This document shows, in pieces, positions 39,730 through 48,968 of a stretch of DNA of 64,000 nucleotides (the stretch's first letter is position 1; every line of letters begins with the position of its first letter). Source of the stretch: a virus; IMG/VR virus record IMGVR_UViG_3300010413_002638, positions 48,805 through 112,804 of that record. One strand, given 5' to 3'. A program made the translations under genes and the position numbers. The notes under the pieces are model-generated. The model was not told where the DNA came from, ran no database searches, and was given only the letters and a program-made list of their open reading frames with translations.

Positions 39730-40374
39730 ATGAGACTTGCCCTCATCAACGAGCGTATCGACTCTTTACACGATCAAAGGGTAAAGACCCTCAAGAATAT
39801 CGCTCCATTTGTAAGAAAAATCGCTGCCAGATTTGTCAATGGCGATAAGGAATATGCTGATCTCAAAAGCGCAAGATATACACCGTCTGATGAAGACGAC
39901 CTCTATCAAGTGGGACTCATGGCTCTCTGGAATTATTTAAGCAAAGTCGAAAGAAAAGAAGACGGTCGCTTGGATGTCAGTTTCAGCCGCGTAAAACAAG
40001 AGATATTTTCTGCTATGGCGCGAGGTGGCAACGCAGAATATCAAGTATTTGGTGATATACCATTCCAGATATCCTCAGACGTGTATAAAAGAGACAAAGA
40101 TTATACCGGTGTTGATCCTACTTATGATGTCTCTGATTTCGCTCAACCTGAAGGCAACAGAAGACATATGTTGGCTTCCAGAGCTGTGGATAACGCCAAT
40201 ATACCAGAGAGAGCTAAGATGGTCTTCCGTAAGCTCTTATCTGGTATGCAACAAGCAGAAGTTGCTCGTGAATTGAACGTCAGCAAAGTTGCTGTTCATA
40301 AGACGGTAAAGAAATATATGCCACAAGTACAGGCTGCTCTAGAAGAGGCGAAAATTGCTAATGCGATTCTATGA
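39730..40374 (+). CDS. sigma-70 family (ECF-like) sigma factor
   Basis: Region 2-like EDDLYQVGLMALW; region 4 HTH QQAEVARELNVSKVAVHK. Confidence 0.75.
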   Translation: MRLALINERIDSLHDQRVKTLKNIAPFVRKIAARFVNGDKEYADLKSARYTPSDEDDLYQVGLMALWNYLSKVERKEDGRLDVSFSRVKQEIFSAMARGGNAEYQVFGDIPFQISSDVYKRDKDYTGVDPTYDVSDFAQPEGNRRHMLASRAVDNANIPERAKMVFRKLLSGMQQAEVARELNVSKVAVHKTVKKYMPQVQAALEEAKIANAIL

Positions 40375-40837
40375 ATTTGGCCAGCCTACCAACACTGTCT
40401 GAAAGGTCTTTGACTTGATTACTAATGGTATACCGGCTATTGCTAAATTGCATACACCAGTAATAGCGTCCATTCCATTGATAGCAGGCAGCACCAGTGT
40501 AGCGGTAATTACCCAACATTATCGAACGATGGCCGCGACTGTTCATCCAACTCTGTATTGCTTCTCCTACTGTGCGTTGGCCGGAGGCGATAATCTCCGC
40601 AGCGCCACTACTGTGAGTGAGAGAGTTGCTCCTGACCATCCACTTAGTGTGGTTGGATGCCCGTAGCATTAGGCCATAATCCGCTTGGACTGGTTGTAAT
40701 CCATATCTGGCCCGTTGAGCATTTGCTTGGTCGATCATCGCCACGAAAGCTGGCTGGTATTTGGTGGCGGCGGTAGCGTTGATCCGTTCATTCATGTTGT
40801 CGGACGCTATGGCCCAGAGAATCAATAGCATACCCAT
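40358..40837 (-). CDS. CAP (SCP-like) domain protein
   Basis: NAQRARYGL, EIIASG, WMNSRGHRSIML and YWCMQF motifs. Confidence 0.88.
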   Translation of the reverse strand: MGMLLILWAIASDNMNERINATAATKYQPAFVAMIDQANAQRARYGLQPVQADYGLMLRASNHTKWMVRSNSLTHSSGAAEIIASGQRTVGEAIQSWMNSRGHRSIMLGNYRYTGAACYQWNGRYYWCMQFSNSRYTISNQVKDLSDSVGRLAKFIESH

Positions 40838-40863
40838 GTCAAGCTCCTAGAAATAGTGGCGTC

Positions 40864-41121
40864 CTAACTTTGACCCACTATTTCCTGAGCCCAACTGGCA
40901 AGATATGCTCTGGCACACCGCCCTTCTTTCCCGGATTGCCAACCGTCTACTATCAGATAGCGGCAGCAATCATCGTCCAGTTGCGGCTCGTAGCGACGCA
41001 AATGGGTACCGACTTCTAGCACTTCTCGTACTTGAAATCTTAATGTGCCGCGAGGGGTTCGCCATGTTCGCTTAAGACGGGCACCGACGGTGATGAGATC
41101 ATGCTTTATTGGCCACATCAA
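40864..41121 (-). CDS. hypothetical protein
   Basis: Short ORF in a minus-strand gene run. Confidence 0.45.
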   Translation of the reverse strand: MMWPIKHDLITVGARLKRTWRTPRGTLRFQVREVLEVGTHLRRYEPQLDDDCCRYLIVDGWQSGKEGRCARAYLASWAQEIVGQS

Positions 41122-41500
41122 TCTCGAACTCCGGTTCTGGCACCAATTTGAATAGACCCTTTAATTCATTACACCAGGTGAGGCTGTCTTCTTTGGTGAA
41201 GATGCAATAATATTGTTCTTTGACGTCTGAATAAAGGATTTCGAGAACAGCCAAATCTTGACCAGGTGCGTTATACCAGTACCAGCCTTCGGCGTTCAGT
41301 TCTTCGGCTGGTATCCATTTGCCCTGTAGTCTCATGAATGTTTGCAGGGCGGCATTATAGAGGATTTGTCGGGCAGTACTGATAATGTTGCGTTCTTTCA
41401 AGTAGGTGGCATACGCGGCCCAAAAGGACGTGAGGTCGCCCTTGTTTAATAGTTGTGCCAGTGCCAGCCACCATTCTTGTTCTGTGCGTGCCATGGTCAA
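41099..41500 (-). CDS. hypothetical protein
   Basis: 133 aa ORF. Confidence 0.6.
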   Translation of the reverse strand: MTMARTEQEWWLALAQLLNKGDLTSFWAAYATYLKERNIISTARQILYNAALQTFMRLQGKWIPAEELNAEGWYWYNAPGQDLAVLEILYSDVKEQYYCIFTKEDSLTWCNELKGLFKLVPEPEFEIDVANKA

Positions 41501-41560
41501 AGCTAGGTTGGGTATAGAACGGGCGAAACGTGATGTGTGCTTGAGCCAGCCTCGGATATT

Positions 41561-41974
41561 TTATTCGGGGCTGGCTTTTTTTATATATGCTTCGACAATT
41601 CCTATGATCCACTTTTCTAATTCACTAATCGAATCCGGGTGGACAAGATCAAAGATCTTGGAGCGGTTCGCTTCGGAGAGATGATTTCCTTCTTTCACTA
41701 CTACACTGCGGGCCACTAAGCGATCGTCGCTTGATTCTTCTGAGGTAGTTTTAGCAGCAAAAAATTTGAATGTTACGGAGTTCTCACCATCAGCTACTAC
41801 CAATAATGGTGGAGTGAGGAGGCTTTTGGTGGCACCGCTGGGGCCGACGACTATTTTGTTTGGCCCGATTACCGCTGGGTGGCCTTCAATGCGGAGGTTT
41901 GAGTATTTCTTGCGTAGATCTCTTGCGAGGGATTTGACGATGACGTCGCGGATAGAATGTGGTTTCTTGACCAT
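41561..41974 (-). CDS. hypothetical protein
   Basis: 137 aa ORF. Confidence 0.6.
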   Translation of the reverse strand: MVKKPHSIRDVIVKSLARDLRKKYSNLRIEGHPAVIGPNKIVVGPSGATKSLLTPPLLVVADGENSVTFKFFAAKTTSEESSDDRLVARSVVVKEGNHLSEANRSKIFDLVHPDSISELEKWIIGIVEAYIKKASPE

Positions 41975-42009
41975 GTTGGTCTGTTGCGAGCCAAGACGCA
42001 GTGTTAATA

Positions 42010-42180
42010 AGCTGAGGCCCCGCAGCGCCTTTTGAGCACCACGGGGCCGGTTGTGGAATTTTTAGCTTTTAATTTTCAGTTCTAAACCGGTCCGGACCCT
42101 ACCCGGCATCCCCCCGCTCGATTACGAGGTGGCTTGGACTTAGCCCACGCAAGTCATGTGACTGGTCTCAACCAGTATCG
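42010..42180 (-). ncRNA. candidate structured RNA or leader
   Basis: Dense hairpins; the 42016-42048 stem pairs continuously only on the minus strand, via G-U pairs. Confidence 0.45.
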
Positions 42181-42267
42181 TCAAACAATATTTTTCTCAT
42201 GTCAACGATCCTATATCTTTTGTGCATTCAGTAGTATCTCTGCCCCTAAAATACATCTAGTGTATTT

Positions 42268-43509
42268 TTAGCTAACGGGTGCGAGGCCGTTTAGGTGACA
42301 ATGAATACGGATTTGTTCGTGGCACTGTCCAATTGTTCTGTTGGGGACTCCTAAGAATTCTGCCATGTGGCATTTTCGGGGGTCACCATTTCCATAGATG
42401 TCGCTGAATTCCCGGTAGGTCTGTCCTTGACCGCTCTGAATGTCAAAAACGGCCTTACAGGTACCATCCGGTAAGGCGGCTCGTATTGCCTCCATGACAT
42501 CCCTATTATCTACTACTGCAACATGATCGTCTTGGTCCATTCTAGCTCCCTCAATCGTACGATAACCAATTTGTTTGATGGTAAATCCATTCTCATCAGC
42601 TTCATTTTCCTCCTGAAACATCACGTGCTCTGGCATACTCACGCGCGTGGTCATGCTGCGAGCATTACTATTCTTCAATACGCGAACAGCATTGCTCGTG
42701 GTTTCAATGGCTACCTCCTCCTTCAACGCCCGCTGACGGAGGAGAGCTAGTTCCACCGTGAATTCCGGTGGTGTCAAAAGGCCGACAACATATACTTCGA
42801 AGACTTTCTCGTCATAGTTCTCGGGGTCATAGCGGAAGTCAAGCTTCATCTTCCGGCAGATTGCCAAAAGCTCCTGCAAAATGACTTCGTCCGCCCGAGC
42901 GATAACGGTTCGCGGGGTCTTCCGGTGTTCCGCTCGTTCGTTCTCACGGATTTGTTGGCGAACGTAATTCCAGCCATATTCGCCAAAGAATTTGCTACGT
43001 TGGACCGGATCGTTGATGATCGACATGGGATCATCGTAGAATTTCTCGCCGGTCACATATTTGATGGCCGAACGGCATCGCGGGGGACGTTCATCATCGC
43101 CATATTGGGCAACGATTGCCTGGAACTGCTCATAGGGTAGGAATTGCCCTTTGGTTAGTTCTTCGCTGTCGCCAGGGTCCTTGATCTGAACGTGATCGCA
43201 GTTGGGGCAACGGAGCTGTTGGCGATCGATGGAGGCGACTTTGTTCCGTTTGGTGACGTAGCAGGAGCTACCACAGGCTTGGCAACGGAACTTGTATTTG
43301 CAGTGATAGAAGAGGTTGACGACACCTCGCCATACGGCGATATACCATTCTTGGTCGGCTATGGTGCGGTCGTCCCTGTAATCCCAGCCGATGGTTGCGC
43401 CAAGGCCGCGAATGATGCTGGCACGCTTGGCTTGCATGTCTGGATCGTTGACAATCGCGCGTACGATTTCATCGATTCGAACTCGGTCTTCCTCCGTGAG
43501 ATTCGCCAT
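42268..43509 (-). CDS. divergent sigma-70-like factor with Zn-ribbon insertion
   Basis: ADQEWYIAVWRGV (region 2.2-like), CQAC...CPNC insert, FFGEYGWNYVRQQIR, C-terminal HTH HMAEFLGVPNRTIGQ. Confidence 0.55.
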   Translation of the reverse strand: MANLTEEDRVRIDEIVRAIVNDPDMQAKRASIIRGLGATIGWDYRDDRTIADQEWYIAVWRGVVNLFYHCKYKFRCQACGSSCYVTKRNKVASIDRQQLRCPNCDHVQIKDPGDSEELTKGQFLPYEQFQAIVAQYGDDERPPRCRSAIKYVTGEKFYDDPMSIINDPVQRSKFFGEYGWNYVRQQIRENERAEHRKTPRTVIARADEVILQELLAICRKMKLDFRYDPENYDEKVFEVYVVGLLTPPEFTVELALLRQRALKEEVAIETTSNAVRVLKNSNARSMTTRVSMPEHVMFQEENEADENGFTIKQIGYRTIEGARMDQDDHVAVVDNRDVMEAIRAALPDGTCKAVFDIQSGQGQTYREFSDIYGNGDPRKCHMAEFLGVPNRTIGQCHEQIRIHCHLNGLAPVS

Positions 43510-43684
43510 CGTAATGTTGGCGATACTGCCACGCAGGCACAACTTGGGCAGCTGTCGTTGTAGCGGCATACAAAACTCCTAAACCAACGTTGCACAAAGA
43601 AAAGAGGTATATCTCGTTGATTCGGGAGTTCACCGTATTGGTGAGAACAAGATACACCCCATACACTGTTGCAAAGGAAATACA

Positions 43685-44440
43685 ATGGGTCAATACTGTG
43701 ATAGCCAAAAGCTAGAACATTACTGGTACCATTGGATATTAAGCTCATCCGTGCCAGCTTTGGAAGAATACCGCCGAAGAGGAATACTTTGGACCAAAGT
43801 GATTGGCTTTGCCCAACACGACGGGCAATTGCTACTGTCCAACGGAAAACCATTGCCAGACCCATCTCATCCAACCAGGTTGCATTGTTTGGCATTGGAT
43901 TATCCCCTATTCTTTCGGACAGAGGAAGGAATGCCAACAGCACCTATCTCCAATTTCGGACGGAATTTACGAGAATCGCCCGGTGAGATAAAATTCAAGT
44001 ATAAGAATTTAGCTCGCCGCCAAGCATCTGCGGACGAGGAATTGTTTGCTGAATTGAAGCGACTTGGGTACGCAAAAGAGTACACGACCGACCACAGTTG
44101 GCATAATATGTTGGAGGATATCAGGAATATATGTAATGGTATAGCGATGAAGTTTCGACTTAGCAGCGAAGATGAGCAATTGGACTTAGCGTCCGACGCC
44201 CTTCTCCAGGTCGTAAACAAGCTAGATTCAGGAAGGCTTGTGTACATGCCAGGCCGAGCCCCTGTCTTCAACCTGCTAACCACGACGACTTACAGAATTA
44301 TGTATAGTATTCTGAACAAAAAGAATGGTCAGAAGTATAGCATCCGAAAGCTTATAGATGATGCTGCGGCGGGTGTCTTGCCTGATTCTGGGCGAAGCAT
44401 CCGTGTGCCCACCATCCGATCTCCTATTAGATCACACTAA
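43685..44440 (+). CDS. T4 gp55-like late sigma factor
   Basis: YCDSQKL start; ICNGIAMKF..DLASDALLQVV..APVFNLLTT..YSILNK parallels the gp55 region-2 pattern; no region 4. Confidence 0.55.
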   Translation: MGQYCDSQKLEHYWYHWILSSSVPALEEYRRRGILWTKVIGFAQHDGQLLLSNGKPLPDPSHPTRLHCLALDYPLFFRTEEGMPTAPISNFGRNLRESPGEIKFKYKNLARRQASADEELFAELKRLGYAKEYTTDHSWHNMLEDIRNICNGIAMKFRLSSEDEQLDLASDALLQVVNKLDSGRLVYMPGRAPVFNLLTTTTYRIMYSILNKKNGQKYSIRKLIDDAAAGVLPDSGRSIRVPTIRSPIRSH

Positions 44441-44642
44441 CCATTTCTTGTCAAGTAGACACAGCCGTCGGTGTGTCGTCACCACAATACTCAAAAGGAG
44501 TTAGAGAACCTATTCTTAATTCCTGTCGATGTATTGTACACAACAGATATTGTGCTAGCATGCACACCCAATATTAAGGGGACTTCTGGCAAAAAGGAGG
44601 CTACGTTAATCGGATCGAAAGGTTTTAACTCGAAGGGGAACA

Positions 44643-44903
44643 ATGTCTACCCAAACCCACAAGGAAGGTCAAGTATCGGAGGAGATCAAGCAAATATTTC
44701 AACAACATCGAGAAGCTATCATCATCACAGTTGACCCCGTTGCAGAATCAGAAGAAACAGCCGTGAACGCTTTCGTCAAAATGCTAGATAAAAATAAAGG
44801 CGGGAAACTGGCCTCCCTGCTGGATAGCATTTTGACCAACCTGAAAGCGACCTATGGCGAAAAACGTGGTGGTATGCCGAGTTCGTCCGCAGCTCATCCG
44901 TAA
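44643..44903 (+). CDS. hypothetical protein
   Basis: AAGGGG RBS; 86 aa. Confidence 0.55.
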   Translation: MSTQTHKEGQVSEEIKQIFQQHREAIIITVDPVAESEETAVNAFVKMLDKNKGGKLASLLDSILTNLKATYGEKRGGMPSSSAAHP

Positions 44904-45789
44904 GCGGACTATCATCAAGACGGTGCCAACTGTCCAGGTCATCGCTAAACCGGCACAGCAGAAAGTCCTAAAACTACAGGATATTCGGCCACCCAGCCCT
45001 CCAATCCCACAGAACTCAGCTGCCGTCGTTCAGCCAAAGAACGTCAAACGCCAGCGGAATATCCGGAAAAAGACCCACGTCCGTTACCAAACTCGCGACC
45101 CACTACCAGGATCACTGGAACGGACTAAGGCTATACAGGGTATGGGTCGTGGTAAGGTCCTCATCATTATTGGCAACGGCCCTTCCATATCAGAAGCGCC
45201 ACTAGACCAATTAGTTGGCGTACCTAATATCGAAATAATGTCAGTCAATCGACCTGACGAACGAATTTGGCCAACTACTTATTGGTCTTTCTTTGACCTC
45301 TCTCAAATGCGACGGCACGAGAAATTGTGGGAGAATTATGAAGGCTATATCTTCAATTCCACAGCTATTCGTCGCCAAAAAGCCAAATCTATTCAATTCA
45401 AGAATATAATGGGCCAAGGTTGGAGTCGAGATCTAACCAAAGGTATCCATATTGGTCGATCTTCTGTCTACGCTTCTATGCAGATAGCTATGTGGATGCA
45501 ATTCGCACATGTTTATGTCTTCGGGTGTGACATGAACCCCGACGGAATAAATGGTCAGTTGCATTTCTATGGTGTGAATCCTGATGTTGAACCCAACATC
45601 AGAGCGCAGCGATTCTTAAAGGAGTCAGAGTTCTACGTTAACGCCGCCGAGGTATTAACGGAAGAAGAACGAGCGAAGTTTACCTTTGCCACTGACTACA
45701 ACCCATGGGATTTTGTACATAAATACAATCAAATGTCGCACAAATCCATGGGTCCCATAATTGAACACGCTGCATCCCTAACACCATGA
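44854..45789 (+). CDS. DUF115/Maf-like protein (GNGPS motif) with basic N-terminal extension
   Basis: IIIGNGPS, SVN, SSVY.SMQIA.WM and VFGCDM motifs. Confidence 0.75.
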   Translation: MAKNVVVCRVRPQLIRKRTIIKTVPTVQVIAKPAQQKVLKLQDIRPPSPPIPQNSAAVVQPKNVKRQRNIRKKTHVRYQTRDPLPGSLERTKAIQGMGRGKVLIIIGNGPSISEAPLDQLVGVPNIEIMSVNRPDERIWPTTYWSFFDLSQMRRHEKLWENYEGYIFNSTAIRRQKAKSIQFKNIMGQGWSRDLTKGIHIGRSSVYASMQIAMWMQFAHVYVFGCDMNPDGINGQLHFYGVNPDVEPNIRAQRFLKESEFYVNAAEVLTEEERAKFTFATDYNPWDFVHKYNQMSHKSMGPIIEHAASLTP

Positions 45790-46319
45790 CAAACAACCAA
45801 TCTGTTCCGCTCGGAAGAGTATATATTGCTTCTAGTCTGCACAACGCCGAGCGAGTAAAACACATCAAACAAAAGCTCGAATCATTGGGCGTAATGGTCA
45901 CTTATGATTGGACCGTGCACGGCCAAGTCTTCGACAAAGAGGAATTGATAAGAATAGCCATAGCAGAGGAACAGGGAGTAAGCGACGCGGACGTGTTCTT
46001 AATGGTATTTCCTGGTCGGACCGGTACGCACGTCGAGTTTGGGCTTGCTCGCGGATTGGGTATTCCGATCGTGCTGTTGGAAGAAGTAGAAGTAGAACAG
46101 AAATCATTTTATTATCTGCCTGGCCTCCATAAGACCCAAACGGAAGAAGAGGCCATCAGAGCAGTGTTGCGTATTTTGCAAGACAAAAATAGCTGGCCAA
46201 GCAGCGTCCCTAAAACCGTGGGTGAAGTGCTGCAACTGGTACCAAAGATCTTAGAATCGCTGAGGAGTGATAATGTCGATTTTCCACAAGCTCGAACTGG
46301 ATGTAATGCAGACCAATGA
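45786..46319 (+). CDS. nucleoside 2-deoxyribosyltransferase / dNMP N-glycosidase family protein
   Basis: VYIASS, GVSDADVFL and GTHVEFGLA (catalytic Glu) motifs. Confidence 0.8.
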   Translation: MTNNQSVPLGRVYIASSLHNAERVKHIKQKLESLGVMVTYDWTVHGQVFDKEELIRIAIAEEQGVSDADVFLMVFPGRTGTHVEFGLARGLGIPIVLLEEVEVEQKSFYYLPGLHKTQTEEEAIRAVLRILQDKNSWPSSVPKTVGEVLQLVPKILESLRSDNVDFPQARTGCNADQ

Positions 46320-46965
46320 ATTGGAAGATGCTGCTAAAATAGCGGTCAAGTATAACTTCCAGGCTATGGTCGTACACCCGCTGATTGTCACCGATGCCAT
46401 TTTCCTACGTGGTCGAACTCAGGGTAGGTATAAGATAATCACACCAGTTGATTGGCCCAAAGGCGAGAACTTTGGTATGGTCAAATTACGTGGTTTGTCC
46501 TCCGACGCCCTGGACGTCGATGGTTTCGAGATATTATTGACCGGCGATAAAACTCTGGTCGAGACCCGCAACGAAGCCAAGGTGTTGACCAATTTCATCA
46601 AGCAACAATTATCAGAATTGGTCGAAGTGCGATTTGTACTTGGCACGTCCCTGCGGACACCGGAAAATGTCGCTCACATGATGGAAGCGTTCAAGGATGT
46701 GAGAATTCCAGCTTATATCCGCAACGACCACCATCTAAAGTTGCAAGTGAGCAAGGCCAACGCCGACACGCATAATGCCTTTATGGACAAATTGTTCGAG
46801 ATATTTCGGGCACCGGTCAAGCTGAGTGGCAATATTAATACTGTCAGAGCGATTACCTCTTGTGATCGTGCACAACGGTTTGCCGTAAATATCAATCAAG
46901 CACGGACAATAATCAAAGAAGTCCACCAGCAACCAGAAGAATTGAAGTCAATTCTAGATGCTTGA
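46273..46965 (+). CDS. deoxyribose-phosphate aldolase (DeoC)-like TIM barrel, divergent
   Basis: KYNFQAMVVHP, ITPVDWPKG, DGFEILL and VKLSGNINT motifs; the Schiff-base Lys position reads YIRND. Confidence 0.6.
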   Translation: MSIFHKLELDVMQTNELEDAAKIAVKYNFQAMVVHPLIVTDAIFLRGRTQGRYKIITPVDWPKGENFGMVKLRGLSSDALDVDGFEILLTGDKTLVETRNEAKVLTNFIKQQLSELVEVRFVLGTSLRTPENVAHMMEAFKDVRIPAYIRNDHHLKLQVSKANADTHNAFMDKLFEIFRAPVKLSGNINTVRAITSCDRAQRFAVNINQARTIIKEVHQQPEELKSILDA

Positions 46966-47302
46966 AGCAATTTGCCCGGAGTGTGGCATAACCAATTCTT
47001 TCGACGAATCACAAGTAATCTACGAATTTGACTTCGTATATGTTCTTTGTTATAATTGCGGTAGCACGATAAAAATACAATGCGAGACAATAATCCCAGG
47101 AAGGTGTTCCGCAGAAATAAGTGCTCCCGTATTAGAAATTGGTGAAATTGTAAAAATAACTAATAGAGAACACGCCTGGTATGACGAAATCGCAATAATC
47201 CGCGCCAAGAAATTCAAGCATTATCGCATCGAAATACACGGTCAATTAATTTGGGTTCCAGAACACTGGGTAATATCCGATGAGCCTGATGACATTGATT
47301 AA
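46958..47302 (+). CDS. Zn-ribbon plus SH3/KOW-like hypothetical protein
   Basis: CPECG...CYNCG; EIGEIVKI. Confidence 0.55.
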   Translation: MLEAICPECGITNSFDESQVIYEFDFVYVLCYNCGSTIKIQCETIIPGRCSAEISAPVLEIGEIVKITNREHAWYDEIAIIRAKKFKHYRIEIHGQLIWVPEHWVISDEPDDID

Positions 47303-47651
47303 CGATCTTGGTGACAACGCCGATCTTCTGGTAAGGAGCGACGCTTGGCTCGAAAATGAGCGTCGATCCACCGCAGCAGAATTAGACCGATGCTGCAACG
47401 AACTGCGAGCCATTCAACTCGCCCAACGGATCAAGCGTGCGCTGCAACAAAAGAATATAGTAGCAGTGCAAGAATTAATCCATGACATAGATGGTAACAT
47501 ACAAGATATAGTAGTAAGAATACTAGATCTGCCCAAGGCTATCCAAAAGCTGAATGGCAAAGTCCCACAAGACACTCTAGACGCCATCAATTCTATGGCC
47601 CAAATCAAGGGCTGGCGGTCCGACGGCTACGACGTCGATCTCTTTCTCTAA
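47280..47651 (+). CDS. hypothetical helical protein
   Basis: 123 aa ORF. Confidence 0.55.
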   Translation: MSLMTLINDLGDNADLLVRSDAWLENERRSTAAELDRCCNELRAIQLAQRIKRALQQKNIVAVQELIHDIDGNIQDIVVRILDLPKAIQKLNGKVPQDTLDAINSMAQIKGWRSDGYDVDLFL

Positions 47652-47752
47652 TCATCGTGCTCACAAGTATCATGTCAGCCACCAGACGTGAATGAGTATT
47701 TAAACGATGATGATCGATTGTCGGTACGGACATCCAAACAGGAGCACAAGAG

Positions 47753-48937
47753 ATGTTGAGGACCAACGAAGTTGGTGGCCGAGTAGTAGTAACCGCTGAT
47801 GGTGGAGCCGGAAGTAGTGGCAAAGGAGCCTTCAACGCCTGGCTCGCTGACAAATATCCATTCGATGTTGCCACCAACAATTGGGCCACTAACGCCGGTC
47901 ACTTCGTAGAATGGATCGACAAAGATGGCAACAGACAACGAGTGCTCAACCAGCACATCTGCTCTGCCTTCGTCAACCCAAACACCGAGCTGCACATCAA
48001 CCCCGGTGCATCCCTCGACATCAAAACACTGTTGGACGAAATCGAGACACTAGAAAATCTCGGCTTCGAGATCAAAGACCGATTGAGTATCCATCCTCTG
48101 GCCAACGTCATTACGGAAGAAGACAAACTACAAGAAAAGGAAATCATCAAGAGCGGCAGTACCTTCAAGGGATGCGGAGCGGCCTTGGCCCGTAAAACAC
48201 TGCGAATTCCAGGACAAAAACTAGCTCGCGATTATGACGAGCTGCGGCCATTCATCGCAGATCGCACTCTTGACGTTCTCAACGCAATCGAAAAGGGTGC
48301 CAAAGTCCTCGTCGAAGGTGCTCAAGGTATCGACCTCGACATCAATTTTGCCGAATTCCCGCACGTCACCAGTCGTCAAACTCATCCAACACAACTCATG
48401 GCCGACGCCGGGCTCCCTTGTCAAGCTGTTACCAACACCATCATCAACCTGCGGACCAATCCTATCCGTATCAGCAACGTATCAGCGGCCAACGAAAATG
48501 AGCTGTGCTATACCGGCAATTACTGGGACGCCAAGGAAATCACCTGGGAAATCGTGGCAGAAAGAGCCGGATATGCCACATTCGAAGAATTCGTGAAGGA
48601 ATACGAATTTGCTATGATGACCTCGGTGACCAAAAAAGTCAGGCGAATCTTCGAATTCCCCAAGGTCCGTATGGAATTCCTGCATGCCCTGGTCGGCGGA
48701 AACCTGCCAGACAGCAGCGTTCTTTACAGCCTGAACTTCATGAATTTCATCGACCGAACGGTACGCGGCGTCAAGACCGAAGAAGAACTACTGACAGAAA
48801 AAGTTCGGGATTGGTTGCATACGAACCTCTCCGCCTCGGTGAGAAGCAAGTTGCGCTGGATTAGAACCGGTCCAGAACACACCGAAATCGTGGAACTTGT
48901 CGATTTCGCAGCCAAAGAAGCCAGCGTTCCAGTCTAG
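47753..48937 (+). CDS. purZ: adenylosuccinate synthetase family, PurZ-type (2-amino-dAMP pathway)
   Basis: GSSGKG (Ser at the PurA catalytic Asp of GDEGKG), NAGH, EGAQG, TSR, RTNPIRI, TSVTKKVRR, and NFMN in place of PurA TKLD. Confidence 0.8.
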   Translation: MLRTNEVGGRVVVTADGGAGSSGKGAFNAWLADKYPFDVATNNWATNAGHFVEWIDKDGNRQRVLNQHICSAFVNPNTELHINPGASLDIKTLLDEIETLENLGFEIKDRLSIHPLANVITEEDKLQEKEIIKSGSTFKGCGAALARKTLRIPGQKLARDYDELRPFIADRTLDVLNAIEKGAKVLVEGAQGIDLDINFAEFPHVTSRQTHPTQLMADAGLPCQAVTNTIINLRTNPIRISNVSAANENELCYTGNYWDAKEITWEIVAERAGYATFEEFVKEYEFAMMTSVTKKVRRIFEFPKVRMEFLHALVGGNLPDSSVLYSLNFMNFIDRTVRGVKTEEELLTEKVRDWLHTNLSASVRSKLRWIRTGPEHTEIVELVDFAAKEASVPV

Positions 48938-48968
48938 GCTTCCAGGTACGTAGACCTGGAGAAAACCT

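Noticed and set aside
41975-42267. tmRNA or tRNA
   Set aside because: No tRNA-like acceptor/T-arm (GTTCRA...CCA) and no tmRNA 5' consensus on either strand.
47753-48937. Canonical purA
   Set aside because: The catalytic Asp (GDEGKG) and the TKLD guanine-specificity motif are replaced by PurZ-type residues.
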